Shown: positions 1 to 12,830 of the stretch, piece after piece
How positions within the stretch are numbered: the stretch's first letter is position 1
How the letters are laid out: each line of letters opens with the position of its first letter
Source of the DNA: Octopus vulgaris
Taxonomy: Eukaryota
Length of the DNA stretch: 64,000 nt
NCBI GenBank assembly: GCA_951406725.2
Contig: OX597838.1
Coordinates: 25,916,001-25,980,000, forward strand
Direction: 5' to 3'
The notes under the pieces: generated by a model
What the model was told of the DNA's origin: nothing
The model's database searches: none
Seen by the model: only the letters and a program-made list of their open reading frames with translations
Translations under genes and position numbers: made by a program

Positions 1-149
1 TTAACAAGAAAAAAAAGTAGGGGGAGGTGATGTACATTGATAAGGGGGCGGGGAAGACGAGAGAGAAGGAGAGAGAGAGAGAGAGAGAGAGAGAAGCAGG
101 TGAAAACAGTTACAGAAAAGGTTAAAAAATAAAATTAATGAATGAGTTT

Positions 150-1274
150 GAACATAGGCACGAGGACTCAGTTGTTTCTTTTTGTAATTTTGGGAGGGTA
201 GGAGGAGTTAGGGTATATATATATATATAGTCAATGGACTACCCCCAGTACAAGACTGGTCCTTTATTTTATCAACTCAAACCACCCCCACCACACTTCC
301 CCAAAAAGGATGAAAGGCAAAGTGGACGTCAGCGGGTTTTGGAATTCAGAATTGAGACGATTGCCTCCACGGCTTGCAATTCTTTGCTCTGGTCATCCTA
401 CTTGTTTGCCATAATTACAATCATTTCTTCTGGCACAAAGCCGGAAGTTTTGGCAGGGGAGGTGGGGCTAGTTGATCACATCGACCCTAGTATTTAACTG
501 GTCCCTATCTTATTGACACCCTTCCAAAAGGGAGGAAAGGCAAAGCCACACCTGGAATTTGAACTCAGAATGTAAAGACGGACGAAATGCCGCTAAGCAA
601 TTTGTCCAGTGTACTAAAGATTCTGCCAGTTCACCGCCATAATAATAATAATAATAACAATAATAATGTTTCTGACTTAAGCACAAAACCAGCATTTGTG
701 AAGGGTGGGCAGTTAGTCAACCCCCGGTACTCAACTGGTACTTTATTTTATCGATCCTGAAAGCACGAAAAGTCATGTTGACCACAAAACTTATGGAGTC
801 AGAACAAATACTACAAAGTACTTTTTTTTTTCATTCTTTTACCAACACTAATGATTCTACCACTAATATAGGCGCACAAGGCCTGAAATTTTGGGGTGGA
901 CAACAGTCGATCTGATCACTCGCCCCAGTTCTAGACCATTGCTTGATACCTTTCCTCCAAGAGGAAGAAAAGATTTGAACCCAGAATATAACCAAATGCA
1001 ACAAGACATTTGGTTATCCATTGCTGCACTGATTCCGACATCCACCACCCTCATCCTAATAATAATAATAATTGTAGACACAACAAAGGCAGAAGGCCAA
1101 CACATTTGTTTATAATATTGTTTACTACTAGTATTTATTTTATTGACACTCCCTGGAGGGGAATGGATAGTGAAGTGAACTTCCATTGGAATTGAACATG
1201 GAACATCAAGGACATAACTAAATGCTACCAGGCATTTAGTTCAGTGCCTTAACCATTTCTGCTACTCCACTGCC

Positions 1275-1324
<50 letters not shown>

Positions 1325-1832
1325 GCAATAATAATAATGACGATAATAACAATGATAGTTGTTTCTAATTTTGGCACAAGGCCAGCAAATTTAAGGGAAG
1401 GGCATCAGTTGATTAAATCAACCCCAGTAGATGACTGGTACTTTGTTCTATCAACCCTGAAAGGATGAAAGGCAAAGTTGACCTCGGCTGGATTTGAACC
1501 CAGAACCTAAAGAGCCAGAACAAATAATGCAAAGTATTTTTTTTTCCCAATGCTCTAACAATTCTGCCAATCCATTCACCATTTAACAATAGTTATAATA
1601 ATAATAATAATAATAGTTTCAAATTTTGGCACAAGGCCAGGAATTTGGGGGCAGGGTGAGGTAAGTCGATTACATTGATCCCAGTGCACAACTGGTACTT
1701 ACTTTATCGACTCTGAAAGGATGAAAGGCAAAGTTAACCGTAGCAGAATTTGAACTCAGAACATGAAGACGGACAAAATGCCGCCAAGCATTTTGCCCAG
1801 CATGCTAATGATTCTGCCAGCTCACCGCCTTA
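150..1832 (-). mobile_element. Cluster of about 7 degenerate SINE family B copies separated by (AAT)n
   Basis: Recurring aaggatgaaaggcaaagt / atttgaactcagaa / ttctgccag blocks in the same orientation. Confidence 0.85.
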
Positions 1833-4800
1833 AATAATAATAATAATAATAATGGTATCTTTAATAACAACAACAACAACAACAATGGGTATGATTTAAT
1901 AATGATGATAATACTAATTAATAATGTCAAAGTAATTACAATGTTGAAATATAATGAAAAAAATAACTAATCCAGACGAGAACTATGCAACGCACGCACA
2001 CACACACACACGCACGCACACATTAACACACTGGCATACATAAACACACACATACACACATTTAAACAACTGTAATTAAAGAAGAGTATAAAGAGGATGG
2101 AAGAAAGAGAGAGAGGTTGAAGTGAACACACTTTAGAATGTTAACCAGAAGTGCATGAGTTCAATTTCTACCAGTATCCTTTCTATTCACCCATTTACTT
2201 AAATTCGCAATTTATGTGTATGTATGTATACATATACATACGTATGTATAAATATATGTATATATATATATATATATATATGCACGTATAAATATACATA
2301 TGTATATATATATACACATGCATGTATAAACGTATGTATACATACATAAATATATATGTGTATGCCTATACAAACGTATATATCTGTATGTATGCATATA
2401 CATACATATATACATGTCTTATGTGTGCGTAAATTTAATGAAAGAGGAAGGAGTGGGAGCCGGGAGAAAGTGGGGGCCAGAAGGAAGTTTGAAGACAGCA
2501 AAAACACCCAATGAGAAAGGGAAGAGGGTTGGACAGGCACCAACAGGAGCCATGATAAGGAATGACAAAGAGAAAGGGAGAGAGTAAGGTAGAGAGAGAG
2601 AGAGAGACAGTAGGAAATGGTATTAGTGGCGACGGTGGTGAAATATGTAAAATTTAATTGTCCTATTGTTAAACAGTCAAAAATATTTTTGAACCAAAAA
2701 AATAAATATTAAAGCAAAAAGGAATTAAACTAATTAACTATATAAGTAAAGAGAGAGAGAGAATAAAATGAACTACGAGAAATAACTCAGAATGGCCAGT
2801 GGTTTATATATCAACCAACAAACAAATACAGGTATATTAAATGCCATACAACATAAATTCTTGATTTACAAAGATTATCTCTGCCTCTAGAGGATAATGA
2901 TAATTACCAAGACAGCAATTGAGACCAGCTCCACTCGAGAAGGGGCGATAATCATGAGATACAAGAATTCTCCATATAATTTATTATTTTTATTTTCTTC
3001 TCCTTTGCTCTTTAAAACAATACCAGCTACAAAGATCAGAAATATGTGTAGGGATGGAGAAGGGGTTAAAGTTAATTAAATAAATAGAACCCCCAACTCC
3101 ACCACCACTACCCAGTACACAGCTATTTTATCAACCATCCAGCCATAAAAGTGGGTGGTGAAGTGGTTAGGGTGTTGGATTCTTGATCATTGGATCATGG
3201 GTTTAATTCTCAGGCTGGGTGGTGCATTGTGTCCCTGAAGCAAGGGGCTTCATTAAAACCACTTCATATATTTTATTTTAAAATTTACTTATTTCTTTTA
3301 TTTCAGTTTATTTGTAGTAAACAAATGCTAAGCTATATATATATATGTGTGTGTGTGTGTGTTTTGCAATTTATTGTTCCCATATCTTAAGATAATAAAA
3401 AAAATAATACAGATTAAGGTGAACGAAAGGAAAACTAATAATAATAATCCAAGATGACAGTTAAAATTGGAATGACACCATTGGAAGTATGTAACTTAAC
3501 GAAAAAGCTCTAAAATTGTATAAGAAATGAGAGCGGGATGGGATAAGAGAGGAAGAGAGAGAGAAAGCAGGAGTTTTTTGAAGTTTGAAGCTGAGAATTA
3601 TGAAGTATCAAGCAAGTTAGAATAGATAAGCTGGTTTAAAATATGCAGAGCTGCTGCGAATACTCTAATCCTTAACCTCTGATATACTGTCGATTAGGTT
3701 GATTTGTGGATTTACTGAATATTCAGAATTTTTTCAATAATCCCTAACAAATCATTGAGTAAAAAAAAATCCAGAAATTCACTCATTGGCCTCAAGTAAA
3801 CAACAGCTGTTTACCTGGTTGCCATACATATTTTCCAGTGGTTAATACCTAATTAATTAATTCCTTAAAAGGAGTCCAAAGAATCGTTCTAGATTTCAGC
3901 CATCAAAGAATGAGTACATACGCCTGTACTCTATTCTATGACTCATCAGTTAGTTAAAGAAGGAAAAATTGATAAGAGTCCTTGGCAGGATTTGAACTCA
4001 GAACATGAAGAACCAGAAGAAATACAATAGATTTTCCCTTGATCTAACAATTCTGCTAGCTCACTGCCTTTCTAATAATAATAATAATGGTTTCAGATTT
4101 TGCCACAGGGGCAGCCATTGTGGGGGATGTGTGGATTACATTGACCCCAGTGTTCAACTGGTACTTATTTTATTGACCCCCAAAAAGATGAAAAGGCAAA
4201 AACCAACCTTGGTAGAATTTGAACTCAGAATGTGAAGATGGACGAAATGCTGCTAAGCATTTAGTCTGATGTGCTAACAATTCTGTCAGCCCATTGCCTT
4301 ACTGATGATAATAATAATAATAATAATAATAAAGTGAGATAAAAGGGAGGATAAGAAGAGAAGTAGCAAGAAGGAAGGAAAAAAGGAGATGTTAGTGCTG
4401 ATCGACCAATGGGGAAAAGCAGCCTATGGATAGTTAGATGGAAGGTGGAACAGTGATGCCAATAATGCTAGGGGACAAGAACTTTGAACAAAGTGTCTTT
4501 TTTTAACCATTTGCAGTACCATAGTCGTAGTAATAGTAGTAGCAAAGGTGAATCAATGAGAAAAATTTCTATTCAGAAGGGTTGGGGTGGGGTGGGGAGA
4601 GAGACAGGGAAAGGGACAATTATGTTGACCTTAGAAGAATAATTAAAGTCCAAGGGCAAAGTCAATCTGACTGATGCGATTTGAACCTAAAATGACATAA
4701 CGAAATGTTGCAAGGCATATTTCCACCAGTGCTCTACCAACTGTGCCAACCCACTGCCTTTCTTTTATTTAAATAATAGATGCCTTGAGTAACTATACAA

Positions 4801-7461
4801 GAACTTTAGGTTTAAAAACAAACAAAAAAAAAAAACCCAAAAGGTCATCATTGATATTGGCTATTGTTTGAACCCGTAACCTAGCAGTAACGGTAAGATA
4901 TCTAACAGGTAAACCCAATGAAGTCAACCACTGTACTTCTAACACACGAGGTGTGGGGAAGTTTGGTCGATTGAATTGATCCCCAACTTAATACTGGGCT
5001 GCTACCTTTTTCATTGACCCCTGTAGAAGGATGAAGGACAAAGTGAAACTCAATGAGATTATGAACTTCAAACTCCTTTACAACTGACTAAAATATCACA
5101 ATGCATTTTTTCGTGTAGTCCTCTACTGATTCCATCATCCACCTCACCCATTGGCACAAGGCCTTAATTTTGTATAATAAGGTGGAGCTTATTTTCTTGA
5201 AAACCCCTCCAGAAACAAAGTCGAACCCTTGGTGGTGTTTGGACACAACACTAAAACACTTAGACCAATATTCTATCGTTTCTGCACCAACAGTTAGGAG
5301 GGACTAATCCTTTTGGGTTAGGTCTAACATCCTACTGTTTCTCTGCCCATGGTTAAGGGTCTGTTTTATACTTTTTTTTCGTTTTTATTTTTATTACGCA
5401 CAGGAGGCCCTCATGCTTTTCTTCTTGAAGGAGAGGGGACAGAAGGAACAAGAAATGGAAACCAAGGGAGGAACAAACTATGTAATTCAAACTGGTTCAC
5501 AATGACAACACTGTCAGAGTTTATCTCTTGCTCTATGACATTAATAATAAATGACATGAAATGCAAGAGTTACATGCTATGAGAGGAAATAGGGGACGTT
5601 GTATCATTGATGCCTTTCTCAAAGCAGTTGTCCACCAGCTACTATTCATTTACTGACTTCAGCCTTTGGTTGTGGCCATATTGGGGCACAGGAACAGTAA
5701 TAATAACTATTTTGAACAATGGAAGAAAGCCAGAAATTGCAGAGAGGTGTAGGCTGAGTAAACCCACCCTAGTGTTTGATAAGGTACTCAATCAATCGAT
5801 CCTCCAGAAGGATGACAAACTTAACCTCAGAAGTCATGGCTAATCACCAGGTGACATTATTCCTGGCACTCAGTTGTTTCTGCCACATCATCATGATGGC
5901 TAAATTACAACAATTGTGTGTGTGTGTGTATGCAACAACCACATATGTAAAACTTTGTTTTTAGAAGTGTCGAATGTATATGATGCTTCTAAAACCAATA
6001 TATATATATATGTATGTATATATATATATACACACACACAGACATGTCAAGGTATGTATATAAATACATATATAGAATAAATGGGTACCCTCTAAAGTAC
6101 CCTTTCATCTGTGCAGACACTACTCATTATTACGATGCCCAAATATGTTCAATCATTAAAGACCACACAAGGCATGTCTACTAAATACTAGATGAAGTAT
6201 TTAAATGCATCAAATGACATTTTGTTTCTGAAAATAAATCTTTCAAAATGGTTTCTGTTATTGAGGTGTGTGTGTGTGTGTGTGTGCGCGTGTGCGCACA
6301 TATAATTGGAATGCATGAATGATAAAATGTCCTAAAAAGTAATGTACATATAGGATAAAAACCTCAATGAACCATTTTAAGAGCATGACAGCCAATATGT
6401 CTGACCACGATTAACTCTGGACCGTGTCAAAACTGGACTATGAGCAACAAACAATGCCTGATACCTCATTAACTAGCTATCTATCAATCTTAAAAAAGAA
6501 AAACAAAAAAAAAAATGAAAGAAACATCCGTTAAAAAGTAGGGTGATCCAGAAAATATACATCAAACATCAACCCCAATCAGAAACACACGGCCATAAAC
6601 ACACACAACTTTTAAATTAATGCATTGCATTATCCTAGAGAAATACTAAATACAATCGTACACACACACACACACACTTATGTGAAAACTGTGAAGAAGA
6701 TTTATAGCACAACTCAATTTGGGAAGTGAGGTTGCTTGTTTTTTTTGGGGTTTTTTTTTCTTTGTCTGGGATCTGGAAAGTTTCAAGCCTACCACCTCTG
6801 AAGTTTGCACACAGTATGAGTAATTAAGTAGAGGAAAAAAAAACAACAACAAACCCCAACCCTTCCTGTATGATTTCATTAACAGAGACTTCATCAGGAT
6901 ACCAGGTACAAAGGTACAATAACAAAAAAGCAAAATTTTAAGGAGAGAATGAAAGGGTAGCGGGGAGGATGTCTCTTAAGGAATAGAAATTACCAGAGAG
7001 ATAATGAAAGTAATCTTTTTTTTTTTACCACAGCCATGTGAAGAGGAATGATGGCTTTGGTAAACATTTTAATAGTTGTTAGGAGTCTTCTAACTACATC
7101 TGTTGACTGTTCAACTTTGAGCTGTAAATGATGATGGTTGTCAGGTTTTCCAAGAGGAATGGGAGCATGTAGCGTTAGGTGTGTTTGTGTATAGTTTGTC
7201 ACGTTTTGGGAGCTCAACAACACAACATAATGGCCCAAGAAAGGCTCAAAACCACAACTGGGATTGTTGTGTTAGCTTCACAACAAATGCTGCAATGAAG
7301 CGAAGTACACTCACACTCTTGCAGTACCGTTAGTTAAAAATGTACTATGACTTATGTTTTGAATGAATGAAGAGTCTATACTGTATGTACAATAGTAGTG
7401 AAGGTCACCAATTTGGATTGTCTTTAAATCTGGTTTCACCGGCAATGAAAGAAACTACTCG

Positions 7462-7499
7462 CTAATGAAAATGGCCCAGAACAAGAGCAATTGAGCAGC
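7462..7499 (-). CDS. ATP2A: Candidate terminal SERCA exon start; ...KFSD-GCSIALVLGHFH* if joined to the 9141 donor, otherwise 3' UTR
   Basis: tttattaatttgcag acceptor followed by non-repetitive sequence; no transcript evidence. Confidence 0.35.
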
Positions 7500-8387
7500 C
7501 TGCAAATTAATAAATACAGAAATGTCGATATACTTGGACATGTAATGGTGTGAAATATTAGGTGAAAATGACAAATAGTTATTTTACACACATTCAGACT
7601 GACAAAAATGGTAGAGGTTCATAGTATATTGCCCCCTGCTTCCTCAACAAAATACATGCTCAATGTTTGCCTAAAGCAAATACAGACCACTGACTCCTAT
7701 CAACTCAAGATCTATGCTCAACATATCTTGAGTAAAAATAGACTGTTGCCACTTGCCTCTTCCAGAAGATCTAGACTCAATATTTGTCTAGAGCAAACAA
7801 GACAAGGCAATATATCTGAGCTCTAAATAACTTGTGTTCATCTCTGGTGCCTCTGCACTACATTTCTGCCAAACCTGCTCACTTAGACCCTCAATCTAGC
7901 TTATTGGGAAGGTCATGGTTGGAACATCTTTATCATCACAAGTCTACGGGAACAGGGCTGGTGTGGAATAAATAAGCGGACACTTCTAGAAACAGAGTGA
8001 AAGAAACCGAAAAAGCAGAGAACTAGCATGAAAAACCTAAAAATCAGAGAGCTGGGTTGTTGGTATACCAGTGAATGGGTAAAAGCTAACAAATGACTGG
8101 GAATACCGTATGTGTGTGTGTGTGAGTGGGTGGGTGTATAGTAAACACTAACCCATTTGTATTCACACACAGTACGAACATATTTTCATGATGCAGATGT
8201 GTGTAATTGCTTTGTAGACATACACACACGACAACCACGCGCCCACCTACATGCAGACATACGTACACATGGACTTAAGATTACACCGATTTATGCGTGT
8301 GCATGAGAAAGGTGGTCAGATAAAATGAGAGTATGTCGTTAAGGTGTTAAATTTTAGAAGGCGAACACTGGCGCCCTCCCCACTTAC

Positions 8388-8692
8388 ACACACACACACA
8401 CAGTCTCTAAAATAATGTTCAGTTTAAATAAATGTAGTGTTGCAATGATGTTTGTTGCAGTTTTGGTAATAGTAGTAGTAATAATAGTAACAGAATTGCG
8501 ATGATGTTGGTAGTAGTAGTAGTAATAGCAACAAAAACCATAGAAGTGGTAGTAGTAGCAGTAGTAGTAATAGAAGTAGTAGTAGTAGCAGTGTTGGTGG
8601 TGGTAGTAGTGGTGGTGGTGGTGGTAGTAGTAGTAGTTGTAATAGCAGCAGGAGAAAAACAAGAGAAGCTGGCAGTTGGCTGCCATTTCAAA
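8388..8692 (-). CDS. ATP2A: Candidate alternative SERCA exon giving a short end ...KFSDV* (coding part 8688-8692, remainder UTR)
   Basis: Long pyrimidine tract ending ccattccag, then TT TGA in the required phase; possible GTAAGT donor at 8382-8387. Confidence 0.5.
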
Positions 8693-8759
8693 CTGGAATG
8701 GGGGGGGCAGGGGGGGGGGGGAAGAAAGAGGGAGAGAGAGAGAGAGAGAAGACAGGGAA

Positions 8760-8790
<31 letters not shown>

Positions 8791-9054
8791 ATGTGTGTGT
8801 GTGTGCACAAGTGTGTTAAAGAAAATAAAATGACAAGGACGTAAAGAATGTTTCTTTTTTTTTTTAAATCTTTCTTTTGAAATGTTATTGTTATATAAAT
8901 ATATATAAAGACAACACACACAGGTAAAAAAAAAAAAATTTTTTTTCTTAAGAACAGAGAGAGAGAGAGAAATAGAGAACACAAAGAAGGGTTGTAGGGG
9001 GTGGTGGGGAAGTTGAGTGGGGGTAAGGGGGGGGGGCGGGAACTTTGGTTGAAA

Positions 9055-9258
9055 CTATGCAAATGTATGCCAGTAGAAAAATCCAATGTAGACTGCCCAC
9101 ACAAGCACAATCCAACAGCATTCAGAAATAAGATTTTTACCGTCGGAGAATTTGCGAGCGACAAACTTTAGAGTTTCATCCATGAAGATCACAGGTAAAG
9201 AGATCTTTAAGACAGCTACCCATTCGTTTATACTGAGATGCGTGATCTGGAAGATTTG
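9055..9258 (-). CDS. ATP2A: SERCA M10 exon with read-through hydrophobic tail: [67 protein letters not shown]; internal alternative donor after 9141
   Basis: ctacag acceptor; internal G|GTAAAA donor gives a 118-nt exon; TAG stop at 9055-9057. Confidence 0.93.
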   Translation of the reverse strand, partial: QIFQITHLSINEWVAVLKISLPVIFMDETLKFVARKFSDGKNLISECCWIVLVWAVYIGFFYWHTFA

Positions 9259-9311
9259 CTGTAGGGGGGAAGAGAAGAGAAAAAAAACAAAAACAAAAAT
9301 TAAAAGATATT

Positions 9312-9355
<44 letters not shown>

Positions 9356-10308
9356 GACACATAAACACACAAATGGCTCCCTCTGAATGGCCACTGATAC
9401 AAATGGTCGAGAGAGTAACTCTCACCTCATAACAAGAGGCGAGATTGGAAATTCGAAGTGAAGGAATGTGAAAAGGACACAATGAATTTACACACAAAGT
9501 ATAGGCACATGGCCTTGTGGATAGGATGTTGTACCCCTGGTCACAAGGCCTTGTGAATAGGATGTTGTACTCCTGGTCACAAGGCCTTGTGAATAGGATG
9601 TTGTACTCTTAGAAGTTAATCCAAGGCACATCAAACTATCAGATGGTTAGCTTTAATTTGAGCCTCATTTTTTTCTTTTTTTAGTCATAAGAAAGGTGGC
9701 ACCTTTGAGCCTTGTAGAGATTCCAAGACTACGATGGGAGAGAAACTTCAAGTATCCTCAGGCAGGAAACTTGGCCTAAATGTCTGCAACAAAGTGCACA
9801 CCACTAAAAGCATGTGAAAGCCAAGAGGTATAGTGTTAAATACAGACCCAGGATTAGGTTTGCCACGCAAGAACAAATACACTTCATCCAAAAAAATTCT
9901 GTCGTCTCCATCTAATAAAATTGCACATACAAGTCTTGGATTGACCAAAAGGTACAGCAGTAGAGACCTGATGTGCTACATAGCACAACTGAATCCAGAA
10001 CCATGTAACTGTGAAGCAAATTTCTTAACCACCCATCAACCCCTGTGTGCACCTTGTACATGAACATCATCATCATCATTTAACATCCCTTTTACCATTT
10101 TGGCATCGTTTAGTAGTTTGACATGAACCAATGAGCCAGAGGGTTGCATGGGGTTCTGATGTCTACTTTGGCATGGTTTCAACACCCGGATGTCCTTCCT
10201 AATGCCAACCACTTCAGAGTGGTACTGTGTGCTTTTTCCCTTTTTTTTTTCATGGCACCAGCACTGGTGAAGTTGCCAAGTACTCAGATGTCCTTACCAA
10301 TTCCATCA

Positions 10309-11302
<994 letters not shown>

Positions 11303-11319
11303 TTTTGGCCCAAATAGTT

Positions 11320-11740
11320 TAGTTGAATCATCTTCCTGTCATCATGGAGGCCTTTCAAGTGGTGTTTTCCTATCGCTTGGATACCACTTGGCAGCTGCAC
11401 AGGCCTGCTTTGTGGTCTGCGAACCTTGAGGCATGTCTGGGCCAGTAGATCACGTGCTTTTGGAATTCTGAAATGGCATTGTTCTTCATGCTGCAGTTTC
11501 CTCAAAACTGTTTCCGTTATGAAACCGCATGGAAACGAAAACACACATGTGGTCTGAAGACATCGCACAGGGCCGAACAGAAGAAGGAAGCAATGAAACT
11601 GAGGAGGTAAGGGAGTAAGTCTACTTGAGGCCCCACAGTGAATATGTATCGAGATATGGATGCTGAAATCTCAAGGAGAATAAGGACGGAATGAAAGGTA
11701 TTTATCCGTATGTAATAATTCCTCACGCAAATACAAGAGC
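11320..11740 (-). mobile_element. Decayed RTE-clade LINE 3' fragment
   Basis: Broken frames give WPRHASR and AKWYPSDRKTPLERPP, resembling the RTE C-terminal WAGH...WYP..KRP.GRPP pattern. Confidence 0.5.
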
Positions 11741-12339
11741 AGAGATTTTCTAAGAGAGGAGCAGATCAATGAAACTGACCCTTCTCCAGTATTTGCTTTG
11801 TACTTCTAATAAAATACAAAGTATCAGAAAGATTTAAAAAAAAAAAAAAAAAAGACCTCAGCAGGATTTGAACTCAGGGCATAAAGATCTGGAATATCAT
11901 CATTTAATGTCCATCTTCCATGCTGACATCTGTAGGACAGTTTGACAGCTTTGGCATGGTTTCTATGGCTGGAAGCCCTTCCTAATGCCAACCTTTATAG
12001 AGTGTACTGGATGCTTTTACATGGCACCAGTGCTTTTTACCACAAGGCATTTTGTCCAAAATATCTACAACTTTGCTAATTCCTTGCCTAACCCCCAGGG
12101 AAATTGTTAAGCCGACAATAATTGCTGCAAATATTAATCTGTGAGATGGAACACAATGCACAAGGAGGATGTCCACAGGAAGTTTGGTTATAACCTTGTT
12201 TCTTCACTAATTTTTATTTTCCATTACTTCTCTAAAGTTAATGAAAAGAAAGATGCAGAATGGCAGACAGACAGACAGAGAGAGACAAATGCACACATGA
12301 CCACACACAGACACTCCATCAGAGACACAAAAAGAGAGG

Positions 12340-12830
12340 GTTAGACAAGCAGAGAGAGAGAAAAAGAGACAGACAGACAAGCAGAGAGAGAGAGAGACAG
12401 AGAGAAAAAAAGAGACAGAAAAGCAGAGAGTGAGAGAGAGAGAGAGAGAGAGAGTGAGCAAGAGAAAAAGACAGACAAGTAGAGAGTGAGTGAGAGAAAA
12501 AGACAGACAAGCAGAGAGAGAGAGACAGACAGACAGACAAGCAGAGAGAGAGAGAAAGAGACAGAAAAGCAGAGAGAGAGAGAGAGAGTGAGCAAGAGAA
12601 AAAGACAGACAAGTAGAGAGAGTGAGTGAGAGAAAAAGACAGACAAGCAGAGAGAGAGAAAGACAGACAGACAAGCAGAGAGAGAGAGAAAAAGAGACAG
12701 AAAAGCAGAGAGTGAGAGAGAGAGAGAGAGTGAGCAAGAGAAAAAGATAGACAAGTAGAGAGAGTGAGTGAGAGAAAAAGAAAGACAAGCACAGAGAGAG
12801 AAAGACAGACAGACAAAAGCAGAGAGAGAC
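12340..12830. repeat. Compound (GA)n/(GACA)n tandem array with higher-order units
   Basis: Repeated gacagacaagcagagagag and gagtgagcaagagaaaaagac blocks. Confidence 0.9.

Noticed and set aside
3669-3687. Plus-strand TCCTTAAC followed by AC, resembling a U12 acceptor
   Set aside because: No matching U12 donor or coding exon was found on the plus strand; likely chance.
2600-7460. Extent of the SERCA 3' UTR and poly(A) site
   Set aside because: Several AATAAA/ATTAAA-like hexamers occur in AT-rich sequence; none can be singled out without transcript data.
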